From a virus (taxonomy: Duplodnaviria; Caudoviricetes), in the IMG/VR virus record IMGVR_UViG_3300038608_000027, positions 1-59,369 of that record: a stretch of 59,369 nucleotides of DNA, one strand, 5' to 3'. The translations under genes were made by a program, and so were the position numbers. The notes beneath the pieces were generated by a model. The model ran no database searches and had not been told where the DNA came from. It saw only the letters and a list, made by a program, of their open reading frames with translations. Positions 35,718-45,193 of this stretch are shown in pieces. The first letter of the stretch is position 1, and every line of letters begins with the position of its first letter.

Positions 35718-36982
35718 TTCAGTCTCCTTCTCCAGACGGCAAGGTCGCGGTATAGACTAAGACAGATTTTTTTATCCTTTGCAACTTCAACCATCTGTGC
35801 ATTGTATTGCTGTGTTGAATATGGCAAGATATAACGTGCCTCTATGTCATAGGTATCCGATAGCATAGTATTTATCTTGAAGATATGATCTTCCCAGGCA
35901 AGGTTGTTTTTGTATTGCGTAGGCTGTATCACAAACGCAACCTTATTAGTCTTCTTAATTTTGATTTCATCCAGTAAATGCTCAATACTGCTGTAAAATT
36001 TCTGTAAATCCATATTACCTAAATCGTCTGGGCTGTCGGAGTAAGCACCTTCGGCTTGTTTCCAGTAAGGTGGGTCTAAAAATACCATATGCGGTTTTGG
36101 CATACCATTAGGTAGTCCGTCTTTTATATCATGTTGCTGAATATCTTTTTCGCGCCCCGGCTTTACGATTCTATCCGTGCAGTAATAACGCCGCAGCATT
36201 TCCTTACAGGCATCTACCGTTGTTCCGCCGCCTGCGAATGGATCAAAAACAATATCCCAAGGCTCGGTATGGTAATAAAGTAGCGACTTCATGAAGTAAA
36301 GCGGGAAGCTGCCAAAGTGAGAGGTTGTTGAGTTATCCTGCTTTTGCAAGCTCCAGATGTTGTAAAGCGGTGGTGAAAAATCTTTACAACTTTCTCCGCG
36401 CGCGGAATTTTTTGTTAGAATTTTGCTTACGGCTTGTTGTGTAACACCAAATATTTCGGCAATCATTTCCTGCGTATATTGCGCGTGTAAATACATATCA
36501 AGGATCATCTTCTCTTGTTCCTCTTTTTCTTGTTTACGCTGTCTCTCGGTAGCTGCAAAAACAACTGTTTTTGATAGCCCTAACGCCTCCATTATCTGCT
36601 CTATGTTGAAACCTTTAAAATATAAACGTTGGATGTTTCTTCTATTCTCCTCAGCAGATGTGCGTAAACCGTGTTTTGTATTTGACGCATAAGACGCCAA
36701 CTCAATATAATCCCTGTTTGTTGTTTCGTGTATAAGTATTTGCATTTCGGCGTCCACTCCATAGACGCGCTGAAATGCTTTCCATCGGTGATACCCGTCG
36801 ATTAACGTGTAATCGGCTGCCACCTCCACTAATTTTTCACCAGCCATAATCTGGTCAATATTTGATTCATACTCCGTGATGAGTGCTTGGTTTGGATCAA
36901 ACCTTGCGTAGATTTCTGAATCAAACATGATCTCTGAGGCCTTAATTATGCCTTTTCGTTTTTCAACTTTTTCAATTATCAT
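35714..36982 (-). CDS. ParB-like / HTH / DNA methyltransferase fusion
   Basis: LIDGYHRWKA (ParB), TQEMIAEIFGVTQQAVS (HTH), FDPFAGGGT and FLDPPYW (amino-MTase). Confidence 0.85.
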   Translation of the reverse strand: MIIEKVEKRKGIIKASEIMFDSEIYARFDPNQALITEYESNIDQIMAGEKLVEVAADYTLIDGYHRWKAFQRVYGVDAEMQILIHETTNRDYIELASYASNTKHGLRTSAEENRRNIQRLYFKGFNIEQIMEALGLSKTVVFAATERQRKQEKEEQEKMILDMYLHAQYTQEMIAEIFGVTQQAVSKILTKNSARGESCKDFSPPLYNIWSLQKQDNSTTSHFGSFPLYFMKSLLYYHTEPWDIVFDPFAGGGTTVDACKEMLRRYYCTDRIVKPGREKDIQQHDIKDGLPNGMPKPHMVFLDPPYWKQAEGAYSDSPDDLGNMDLQKFYSSIEHLLDEIKIKKTNKVAFVIQPTQYKNNLAWEDHIFKINTMLSDTYDIEARYILPYSTQQYNAQMVEVAKDKKICLSLYRDLAVWRRRLK

Positions 36983-36984
36983 TG

Positions 36985-37452
36985 TTATATCCCTTCTTCT
37001 TGTAATATTATCTCGTCAAACCATTCGCCCCACAATTGATATTTTTGATACTTTAAATGCAGTGCTTCTTCAATGTTGATAGGCACATTAGAATATACAC
37101 CTACTATGCGCAGCATAATAGGACTGTACATTTGTAACTGTGATAGACGTTTTTCCACGTTATCTGCCCTGCCTATTTTAACTGGCCCACCATTTATGGG
37201 CTGAATAAAATATACGTTCGTCAGTTTGTCTCCTTGTTTAGCTTGTTGGTCGTATTCTCTTTGTAAGTTGAATAAGTGTAGCGAAACACTGTCGTTGGGT
37301 ATAAATACGCCTTCTTCTATTAAGCCTGCTGGCCATTGTTTTAGCGGCTCTGGACACACGTCCGGCGCAATAAAGCCTATTCTTACATCCACTTGATTAG
37401 CCTCAAATCTTGGATATAAATCGTCTCGGAAAACTATATCATTTGTTTTCAC
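36985..37452 (-). CDS. GIY-YIG (T5orf172-like) nuclease with a ParB-like N-terminal stub
   Basis: VYFIQ...VKIGRA..VEKRLSQLQ...EEALH...GEWF. Confidence 0.8.
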   Translation of the reverse strand: MKTNDIVFRDDLYPRFEANQVDVRIGFIAPDVCPEPLKQWPAGLIEEGVFIPNDSVSLHLFNLQREYDQQAKQGDKLTNVYFIQPINGGPVKIGRADNVEKRLSQLQMYSPIMLRIVGVYSNVPINIEEALHLKYQKYQLWGEWFDEIILQEEGI

Positions 37453-37860
37453 TTAGAATTTCTCCTTTTTCCGTGATATTTTTTACTACAATCTGGACAC
37501 ACTTGAGAATTTCCTGAATGAATTACTGTATTTCTTTCATTCACTTCCGCCCTTCTTTTCTCCCTTTACTAGATACTTCTCTAGTGTTTTTTGGGCAATT
37601 TCCTGGAGTTCCTGTATAGAAATAACGTCTTCTAAATCTTCGGCCAGATATTTTTTATCTGGGTCTATCTTTATCGCGGTCTTTTTCTCGTGGATGAAAT
37701 TCTTCAACCGGCGAAGTTTCGTCCAAGTCCAAATTACTTCACCTTCTCTTTAGTATTTTGTATTTGCCAAAAATTACAATTTTGACACCTCCAGTATCTT
37801 CTTCCGCGAAAATTGTAATCATCCTTTCTTTTAAAACTGGAAATTCTCCTGGAAAAATTT

Positions 37861-38178
37861 GACCGCAACCCTAAGCGCAACTGGACTGTGGATAACTTGT
37901 GGATAAGTCCCGTCAGGCCTACTCCTGCATGGGCGCAACCGGTTGCGCTCCTAAAACCCGTCAGCCCTACTCCTGCAACGAGCGCAACCGCAATTCTCTA
38001 TATATATATATATATAAATACAAACAGTCATTTTGGTTTGTATTTGTATTTAATATATAAAACTCTCTCAAGGGTTAAAACATGTTTTTAACAAAAACCG
38101 GTTGCGCCTAAGGGAGAGTAAGGCTTAACCCTATAGCGCAACCAAACGCAACCCAAACGCAACCGTATAGTTGCGCTT
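37861..38178. other. Putative replication origin: DnaA boxes, (G)CGCAAC iterons, AT-rich core
   Basis: TGTGGATAA at 37887 and 37898; ~10 CGCAAC/GTTGCG motifs; two cccgtcag(g/c)cctactcctgca repeats; (TA)n tract at ~37999-38016; directly downstream of the helicase. Confidence 0.8.
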
Positions 38179-38199
38179 TTCCACTCATTCCCATTATTG

Positions 38200-39447
38200 T
38201 CAATAGACTTCGTCGTCAAAGCGCATCCCCCATTTATCTCCTATTTTCACGAAGTGCTTGTCTTTATGTTTACTTAGAACCGCTCTGGCATTACCAGGAC
38301 TTAGATCAAACTCTTCCGCTATTTCCTTAATCGTTTTAGACCCGTTCATTAGAAGAAAATTTTTAATACGCTGATATACATCAATGTGTTTTTCAAAATC
38401 TTCATATCCTGATACATCCATAATATCTTGCTTTGAAATTTTCACTCCTTTATCAAAAGATATTTTTAAACTTTTAGGTAAAAGTAATTTCCCAAGGTTA
38501 TTCTTCTTGTGCAGTAACAGCAGGTCAAAAGCATTATCTCCCGCGTCCTGCTGTTTTTTCAATTCAAATATACTTCTGGCCATATTTGTAAAATATACAC
38601 TTCCAAAAGGAGTTGTTTTTTTATCTCCCAGGTTTTTAGCCGTGTGAGTAATCAACAAGCTTGTTACGTTCAACTGTCGCAGGGCACTGAAAAAATTAAT
38701 AGCCGTTGCTGCTTCTAGCAGGTTTCCTTTTGCGGTAGATGCTCCAATACTGTCTAGAATTACAAAATCAACATTGTTTTCGACGATAATCTCTTGTATG
38801 TTGCCTACATCATCAATCAAAGGCAGTGAGCACTGGCGATACAGAACAGATAATCTTTCCTCTGTATTCCAACCGTTACCTATGTTCTCAAGCCTATGTG
38901 CTATATCCGAATCATCGCTTTCGTAATCCAGATATAAAGGCACTGCCTTTTGAGGATTCATACCTAAAGGATTTCCTTTAATCTCATATTTACAAATTAA
39001 GGCTAAAGTTAGTGCCAGGTATGATTTAAAAGTACCCCCCTCGCCATATAGAACCGTTGGCTTACCCTTAACTAAAAACGGCTCTAGGAGATATTCAATT
39101 TCATTGTTTTGCGTATTACGTTCTACAAGAATAGCAGGAGTACCTTTTCGGTACTCCGCTATCGCTATAACAGACATTTGCTCGATAATTTTAAGCCAAT
39201 CAGCACTACCCCATTGGGCTTCTAAGGATTTAATTAACTCTTTTTTTGTCCTGGAAGATATTAGGTTTAATTGGGTTTGGTGAATATGTTTAACAACCCC
39301 GTTCAGGTTACCTTTTATAAGCAACTCTGCGGTAATTCTACCGTCGGAGTGTTCTCGTATTCGGGATACGAAAATATAAATACCTTCTGCCTCCCAATAA
39401 AATTCTTGTTTATCTGAAGATAGCTTTTTATGAGCAGGTAGGGACAT
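38200..39447 (-). CDS. RecA-like AAA_25 helicase/replication protein with C-terminal wHTH
   Basis: YGEGGTFKS, LYLDYE, VILDS, ITHTAK, FGSVYF..ARS. Confidence 0.85.
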   Translation of the reverse strand: MSLPAHKKLSSDKQEFYWEAEGIYIFVSRIREHSDGRITAELLIKGNLNGVVKHIHQTQLNLISSRTKKELIKSLEAQWGSADWLKIIEQMSVIAIAEYRKGTPAILVERNTQNNEIEYLLEPFLVKGKPTVLYGEGGTFKSYLALTLALICKYEIKGNPLGMNPQKAVPLYLDYESDDSDIAHRLENIGNGWNTEERLSVLYRQCSLPLIDDVGNIQEIIVENNVDFVILDSIGASTAKGNLLEAATAINFFSALRQLNVTSLLITHTAKNLGDKKTTPFGSVYFTNMARSIFELKKQQDAGDNAFDLLLLHKKNNLGKLLLPKSLKISFDKGVKISKQDIMDVSGYEDFEKHIDVYQRIKNFLLMNGSKTIKEIAEEFDLSPGNARAVLSKHKDKHFVKIGDKWGMRFDDEVY

Positions 39448-39762
39448 TTAAAGATCAAATCCTTTGTTTTGAATGTTTAGTTTCCTGGTTGGTTGATTGG
39501 TTGGCATAATATTAATTTCTTTTCTTGCCTCTTTTGTTTGCTGGTAACTTAATTGAAAGCTTTTCCACTCATTCAGTAAGTTTTTTAACACGATATGGTT
39601 TTCTTTTAGTTCACGTAAAATTTCCGACAGTATCCCTATTTCTGAATTACCCTTTTCGCCAGAATTTCTTGGCGTCAGGCCAATATCATTGTAGTAATCT
39701 AGCCAGGCCGGCGAACAAGGAAAGTCAATAAAGTCTTCGTAGTCTTTGGCCATGTGAATCAT
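39448..39762 (-). CDS. Hypothetical protein
   Basis: ORF with RBS abutting the helicase. Confidence 0.55.
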   Translation of the reverse strand: MIHMAKDYEDFIDFPCSPAWLDYYNDIGLTPRNSGEKGNSEIGILSEILRELKENHIVLKNLLNEWKSFQLSYQQTKEARKEINIMPTNQPTRKLNIQNKGFDL

Positions 39763-39773
39763 CTCCTTTTGTT

Positions 39774-40256
39774 TTAAATTTCGTCTACCATTACTTCACC
39801 TAGAATGTTTACGGCTTCTTTGTAGGCTTCAAACGCTTCGTATTCGTTGGTGTAAAGCCCTAAATATTTAAGGACGCCGTTAATATAAATTTTAGCCACC
39901 CATTTATTCCCTCCCTTATGCCAATAAACACCAGGGTAAACAGACGACTTTTTTTCATGACGGTTTTGCAGATTTTGCCGATTAGTTACAATTCTTAAAT
40001 TTACTTTTTGATTGTCAAGTCCTTCACCGCTTATATGGTCAGTATCACCTGGCTTATCAATAATACCTAAAATTTGTCTGTGCATGAGAACAAATGTGGG
40101 ATACCCATTTTCCCTTTCAAGTTTAGTCGAATTTCGTGTAGCGTAAAAAATATTATGTTTTTTATTTGCGCACCATCTGTACCTATTTATTTCCTCATAA
40201 TCCTCATCATCCACCAACGCTACTTTCCCCTGAGTCAACTGTATCTTTTTCACCAA
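39774..40256 (-). CDS. HNH-AP2 homing endonuclease-like protein
   Basis: LTQGKVALVDDED, MHRQI, DHISGEGLDN..NLR, SSVYPGVYW..KWVAKI..YLG. Confidence 0.88.
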   Translation of the reverse strand: MVKKIQLTQGKVALVDDEDYEEINRYRWCANKKHNIFYATRNSTKLERENGYPTFVLMHRQILGIIDKPGDTDHISGEGLDNQKVNLRIVTNRQNLQNRHEKKSSVYPGVYWHKGGNKWVAKIYINGVLKYLGLYTNEYEAFEAYKEAVNILGEVMVDEI

Positions 40257-42604
40257 ACCTCAATCTCCTCTCCATTGATATTTTCTTCTAATTCAAATAA
40301 TATCGGTTGCGAATTTTCTCTCTCGATTTGTTGCAAATTTTTGACTGCCTGTTTCCAATAACTATGTTTCAACTCGATACCTATATGCCGGCGACCAGTT
40401 TTGATTGCAATATAGCCGGTTGATCCAATCCCATCGAAAGGATCGAGCACAATATCGCCTTTGTTTGTCCAAAGTTGTATTGCCCTTTCAATTACCTGAA
40501 GTTGTAAAGGACAAATATGACGCTCGTCTTCCTGTTCTCGTGCCGATTCTTTTTGAAGAGTATTTGATTGATTAATGTCCATCCATACGGGACTTGCGTA
40601 GCGTCGCCATACGTGATGCGAATAAACCGGATCAGTTTTAGACATTGATACTGTTCTGTGTTTACGGCTGTCTTTAAGCGTTGGTTCTACTTTTGGAGCT
40701 TTTGGTTCGTTTTCGCCCACGAACCCATTAAAGCCATTAGGATGAGATATCGGCTCAAAGTTTTCTCCAGGTTTACGGACAGTAATAAGATAATCAGGTA
40801 AACCTTGCCGACACATAGCCGAATCTTTTATTATTTGTTTATGCATTAATCCTAGTGCTTTTGTTCTTGTAGCTTCAATTAAAGGATCTTTCCAAATCAC
40901 TACTCTGGAATGATATATAAAGCCCTCATTTTGAAACAATCTTAATATATCACCCGGAAAATCCTTGAGGCCAATATATCCGTCCCGTTCCTTCATAGCC
41001 GGAATATCCATACAATGAAAGGATAATAATCTCCCCGGCATTATTACTCGGTATAGTTCTTTTACTAAAAATCTAAAATGATCCATAAATTCCTTTTCCT
41101 CCCGACAATTCCCCATATCTCTGTTACTATTTGAGTATGTATATAAACTTGCAAATGGAGGACTAAAGATTGAATAATGAATTGAATTATCTGAAATGTT
41201 TTTAATAACATCTACACAATCACCTAGATGAATTTCCCAATTAGTACCCTTAGCAACATCAGTAGCGTATTCAGATATTTCACGCGAAGTCCTTTTAATA
41301 TTTTTCTTAGTGATTTCTTGAGTTGCGCTTATCATCCCTTGTATCATCTCCTTAAATTCTTTTTCTTTACGTTTAACGTTTTCTACAATAGCACCTTCGG
41401 ACTCGGAAACCACTATATAAACATCAACGGGCTTTTTCTGTCCGAATCGCCAACATCGCCGAATGGCTTGAAACCATGATTCAAAAGAGTGATCTAACCC
41501 ACAGAAAATCTGCTTAGAGCAGTGTTGCCAATTCATACCATGTCCAGAAATACTTGCCTTACTAATCAGTTTTTGAAACTTATTCTCGCTAAAATCTAAT
41601 AAAGATTGCTCCTTATATTCAGACGAATGACTTCCTCTAATTTCAACAGCCCCATCTACGATTTTACTAAGCAATTCTGATTCATCATTTAGATAACACC
41701 AAATAATACACGGCTCATCGAGTGAATTTGCTATCTTTGCGCAAGCATTCACTCGATCGGTTAAACTGTTTCTTTTAGCCTTCCTTTGATCGTTTAATGT
41801 CAATGCCTCCACCGCAAAAAGAGATCCCTCCGGTGGTTTATCAACTTTAACCGTAACTTGTTGTATATTAAGCGGTGGTAAGTTAAAACCATTATTGTCA
41901 TAACCTAAATCGGATGGATTTTCCATCATCACTGCCCAGGAAGCAACCCATTCCCAAAATTCATTTTTCGAGTGGCCTTTTAATCTCCATTGACTTGTCC
42001 TACCACCATCATGGACAAAAAACATAGATAGCATTTCGCGGTAGCTCATCACACCTAAAAATTCGGCATGATTACCCAATTCCATGTAATCATTTGGAGC
42101 TGGTGTAGCAGTACAAGCCAATTTATAAGGAGTATTACCGAAAGATTCGATAATGGCGTTACGGGTTTGAGAATTGAAAGATTTCAGTATTCCCGACTCG
42201 TCAAGCACAACACCAATAAATTTATTAGTATCAAATAAATGGATTCTTTCGTAGTTTGTAATGTTTATTCCAGGTTTTACGTCTTGTTGGTTGCGACAAA
42301 GATGAACTTCAATTCCGAACTTCCTGCCTTCTCTAACTGTTTGATGGCTGACAGCTAGAGGAGCAAGGATAATAATATTTCCTCCGGTATGTTGTTGAAC
42401 GTGTTTACTCCACTCCAGGCTTTGAAAAGTTTTCCCCAATCCAGTTCCCTCAAACAAAGCAGCCTTTCCTTTCCGTAATGCCCAAAGTGTAACGTCTCTT
42501 TGGAAGGGAAACAGCTTACTATTAATCTGCTCCTTCGGTATATCAAATCCAGTGGGATTAGTTGTTATACGTTTTGTTTCAAGAAAATTATTGTAATCCA
42601 TCAT
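40250..42604 (-). CDS. SNF2-like helicase fused to an N4/N6 DNA methyltransferase
   Basis: GTGLGKT, LDES, TATPAPN, QAIRRCWRFGQ; FSPPF and VLDPFDGIGS. Confidence 0.9.
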   Translation of the reverse strand: MMDYNNFLETKRITTNPTGFDIPKEQINSKLFPFQRDVTLWALRKGKAALFEGTGLGKTFQSLEWSKHVQQHTGGNIIILAPLAVSHQTVREGRKFGIEVHLCRNQQDVKPGINITNYERIHLFDTNKFIGVVLDESGILKSFNSQTRNAIIESFGNTPYKLACTATPAPNDYMELGNHAEFLGVMSYREMLSMFFVHDGGRTSQWRLKGHSKNEFWEWVASWAVMMENPSDLGYDNNGFNLPPLNIQQVTVKVDKPPEGSLFAVEALTLNDQRKAKRNSLTDRVNACAKIANSLDEPCIIWCYLNDESELLSKIVDGAVEIRGSHSSEYKEQSLLDFSENKFQKLISKASISGHGMNWQHCSKQIFCGLDHSFESWFQAIRRCWRFGQKKPVDVYIVVSESEGAIVENVKRKEKEFKEMIQGMISATQEITKKNIKRTSREISEYATDVAKGTNWEIHLGDCVDVIKNISDNSIHYSIFSPPFASLYTYSNSNRDMGNCREEKEFMDHFRFLVKELYRVIMPGRLLSFHCMDIPAMKERDGYIGLKDFPGDILRLFQNEGFIYHSRVVIWKDPLIEATRTKALGLMHKQIIKDSAMCRQGLPDYLITVRKPGENFEPISHPNGFNGFVGENEPKAPKVEPTLKDSRKHRTVSMSKTDPVYSHHVWRRYASPVWMDINQSNTLQKESAREQEDERHICPLQLQVIERAIQLWTNKGDIVLDPFDGIGSTGYIAIKTGRRHIGIELKHSYWKQAVKNLQQIERENSQPILFELEENINGEEIEVW

Positions 42605-42707
42605 TTACCTCCTTTGTATTACTTCGCCAACCAAGGGTACTCGGTTTTTAAGCAGGTGACGAAAGGGCAAAAGCCTTCAAACCAAACGTCTTTAGTGGGA
42701 ATTTCAC

Positions 42708-43406
42708 TCATGCTACATAAACTTCCTTTCCAGTTAACTTTTGTATCTGCACTTTTGCCTCTTTTTTATCCAAATTACCTTCTGAGCCATGCAGCAAATA
42801 AATCTTTTCCACCTTACTCAAGTCATTCGCTCGTAGAAAATCCAGTGCTGTTTGCAAGCTCATGTGTGAGTGTATAATTCTATTTTTTAGTTCAACCGCC
42901 AGCGTCCCGTTGGTCACGTTTTCATTAATAATATTTGCGTCATAGTTACATCCTAGCAAAATATGTGTTAATCCGGTAAACCTATATTTGCAATAAACTG
43001 TATCGGTAAGAAAAAGGACTTTATATCCTTGTTGGCATAACAGAAAACCCAGGCATGGAACATCGTGTACAGCGTCAAACGGAAGAATAGTCCACGATCC
43101 TATCTGTATCTGTTTTAAAGCTTCCACGATGTGCACTCTGTGGCCGGTTAAGCCTAGGGCCTCAATAGTATCGGAACTCATATAGCAGTCTATTCCAGCT
43201 TTAAGTAAAGCTGGTACTGCCTTACAATGATCTTTGTGGATATGGCTCACAAGACAGGCAGACAGACTTGATGTTTTAAAATCAAGTTTCTGCTGTATCT
43301 TCTTAAAAGGTATCCCGCACTCCAAAAGAAGAGGACTGCTACCGGCGGCAGTCATCCGGTAGCAGTTACCATTTGAACCATTCGCAAGTATTTCTATGTC
43401 TAGCAT
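42708..43406 (-). CDS. Metallo-beta-lactamase-fold hydrolase (nuclease)
   Basis: GSNGNCY, SHIHKDH, HD, TDT, NY, HMS, LH. Confidence 0.9.
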   Translation of the reverse strand: MLDIEILANGSNGNCYRMTAAGSSPLLLECGIPFKKIQQKLDFKTSSLSACLVSHIHKDHCKAVPALLKAGIDCYMSSDTIEALGLTGHRVHIVEALKQIQIGSWTILPFDAVHDVPCLGFLLCQQGYKVLFLTDTVYCKYRFTGLTHILLGCNYDANIINENVTNGTLAVELKNRIIHSHMSLQTALDFLRANDLSKVEKIYLLHGSEGNLDKKEAKVQIQKLTGKEVYVA

Positions 43407-43498
43407 ATATTCAACCTCACATACCTAATCTAATTCTTCCCTTCTCAGTGAAGAAATTTCATAATTTCACCTCTTTTTTTGAAATTCTAGCAATCTCC

Positions 43499-44641
43499 CT
43501 AAAACGGGCATCCATCATCTGTTTCTTTTACGGTATCTGTCACAGAATTAGCTTCTGCTGTATACATTTCTTCCGCCTTTAAAAGCAGTTTTTTAATTCT
43601 TTTGTTGATTGCCGGCCATGCTTTATCATCTATTTCTTTCACAGAATTAACCTTATATCCTTCGTAAAGAATATTTTTGATGATATCTTTGAATTTTTCT
43701 AAGTTATATTCTTTTTGATCAGCATAGGCCTTTATTTTTTCAATAACCTGGTTTTTCTCCGGTTTGTCCTTTTGTGTTTCCATTTTATTTGTTTCTAGTA
43801 TTTCTGGCTCATCAATTACCTTCACGTCAATAAATTCTTGATTAGCATTTTCTGCTATATCCTGCTCCACTTCAATTTCTTCTGAACGATGGACTGATTT
43901 TAATAAAATAGCATCGTTACTAGAGTTAATTATAGGTTTACAGAGTTTGTTAATTACTGTCCTCTTGCACATTTCGGCCGTAAATTTTCCATGTGTACTC
44001 TCTTCTTTAACGTTCCCCTTTTCGTCTATAGGCTTGATTTTGCTTTGCTTCCAGGACTGTTTAATTTGCTCCATAGTCATAATTTCCGTTGTTCGGATAC
44101 TACCATCCTGATTAATAACCATAGCATAAGCAGCCTTTATTTTTTTCTTGTCCACATTTTCAAGCTGTTGCTCATGCTCTGTTATAATCTTATTACCTCT
44201 TTCTATGCGATACTTCAGTGTATCGTCTTCGTAAACCACTTCAGCCACAATATCCGCAATGGTCGGGTCTACCGTTTTTGCCACTACCATTGTTCCAAAG
44301 TAACTTTTCGTACATGTTAATCGGTTTCCATAGGGAATAAAGTAACATTGGTCTTTAACAGGATTTAGTCCTTGGATTAACATGTCGTACAGGGTATTAT
44401 AGATAGATATTTTAGTACAGCTTGACAAGACAGGTTTTTCATTATGAAAGGTTTCTTGCAAGATCAGCCATGCGCTTTGTAATGCATTTGATACCGAATA
44501 ATTCACCGGTAAATTTAATTTATCGCGGTTCATGTTCACGTCTAAGGCCACCGAATCAACAGTCTCCTTTTTAATTGTCGCTAAATTAGCAGATAAACTG
44601 GTACTATCCATCACTCGCATTTGTTGTTTTTGTTCGGGCAT
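43499..44641 (-). CDS. recT: RecT-family ssDNA annealing protein
   Basis: QGLNPVKDQCYFIPYG, SYFG, EMCKRTVINK. Confidence 0.9.
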   Translation of the reverse strand: MPEQKQQMRVMDSTSLSANLATIKKETVDSVALDVNMNRDKLNLPVNYSVSNALQSAWLILQETFHNEKPVLSSCTKISIYNTLYDMLIQGLNPVKDQCYFIPYGNRLTCTKSYFGTMVVAKTVDPTIADIVAEVVYEDDTLKYRIERGNKIITEHEQQLENVDKKKIKAAYAMVINQDGSIRTTEIMTMEQIKQSWKQSKIKPIDEKGNVKEESTHGKFTAEMCKRTVINKLCKPIINSSNDAILLKSVHRSEEIEVEQDIAENANQEFIDVKVIDEPEILETNKMETQKDKPEKNQVIEKIKAYADQKEYNLEKFKDIIKNILYEGYKVNSVKEIDDKAWPAINKRIKKLLLKAEEMYTAEANSVTDTVKETDDGCPF

Positions 44642-44656
44642 TAATTATTTCCTCCT

Positions 44657-44857
44657 TCACTTTTCAGCAGTTTTCTCCGTAACTTCTTTGTCGGTTTCTA
44701 GTTTTGTAATACGCTTTTGCAACTCAAAAAAAGCGTTCCACAATTTATCATTTTCTTTCACTGCGCATTCCAGTAAATACACTTTGTCTTCCATGTTTTC
44801 TAAAAAAATTCCGATACGCTTGCTTGTACCACCTATCACTTCACTTAAACTTTCCAT
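44657..44857 (-). CDS. Small coiled-coil protein sharing a 99-nt segment with 47768..47866
   Basis: EDKVYLLECAVKENDKLWNAFFELQKRITKLET. Confidence 0.55.
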   Translation of the reverse strand: MESLSEVIGGTSKRIGIFLENMEDKVYLLECAVKENDKLWNAFFELQKRITKLETDKEVTEKTAEK

Positions 44858-45079
44858 TAAATCACATCCTTTTTGATCTGCGTTTCCAGCCAGTTCCCGT
44901 ATGCTTTCACTACATTACCCAGGCCCAGAACAGTACTCCAATTATCAGTGATGCCATAGTATACATAAGTACCACCAGAGGAATGCATTTCCAGGGATTC
45001 CACCGCATCCGGGGCTTCAGCGCCTGCCGGATGGCCTCGTCATTCACCTTCATTTCCTAAACACCCCCTCTAATTCAGC

Positions 45080-45183
45080 CGTTGCAGCCATTATGATTGC
45101 CCGCCTGCGCAACCGGCGGCAACTATCCGGAAATTCCGGATAGTTCAAAAAGTTGCAGCCATTGCTCGCCTGCGCAACTGGCG
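45080..45183. repeat. Perfect 25-nt palindrome flanked by imperfect direct repeats
   Basis: aactatccggaa-a-ttccggatagtt (45121-45145) between two gttgcagccatt...cgcctgcgcaac copies. Confidence 0.8.
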
Positions 45184-45193
45184 TAGCGGCCTA

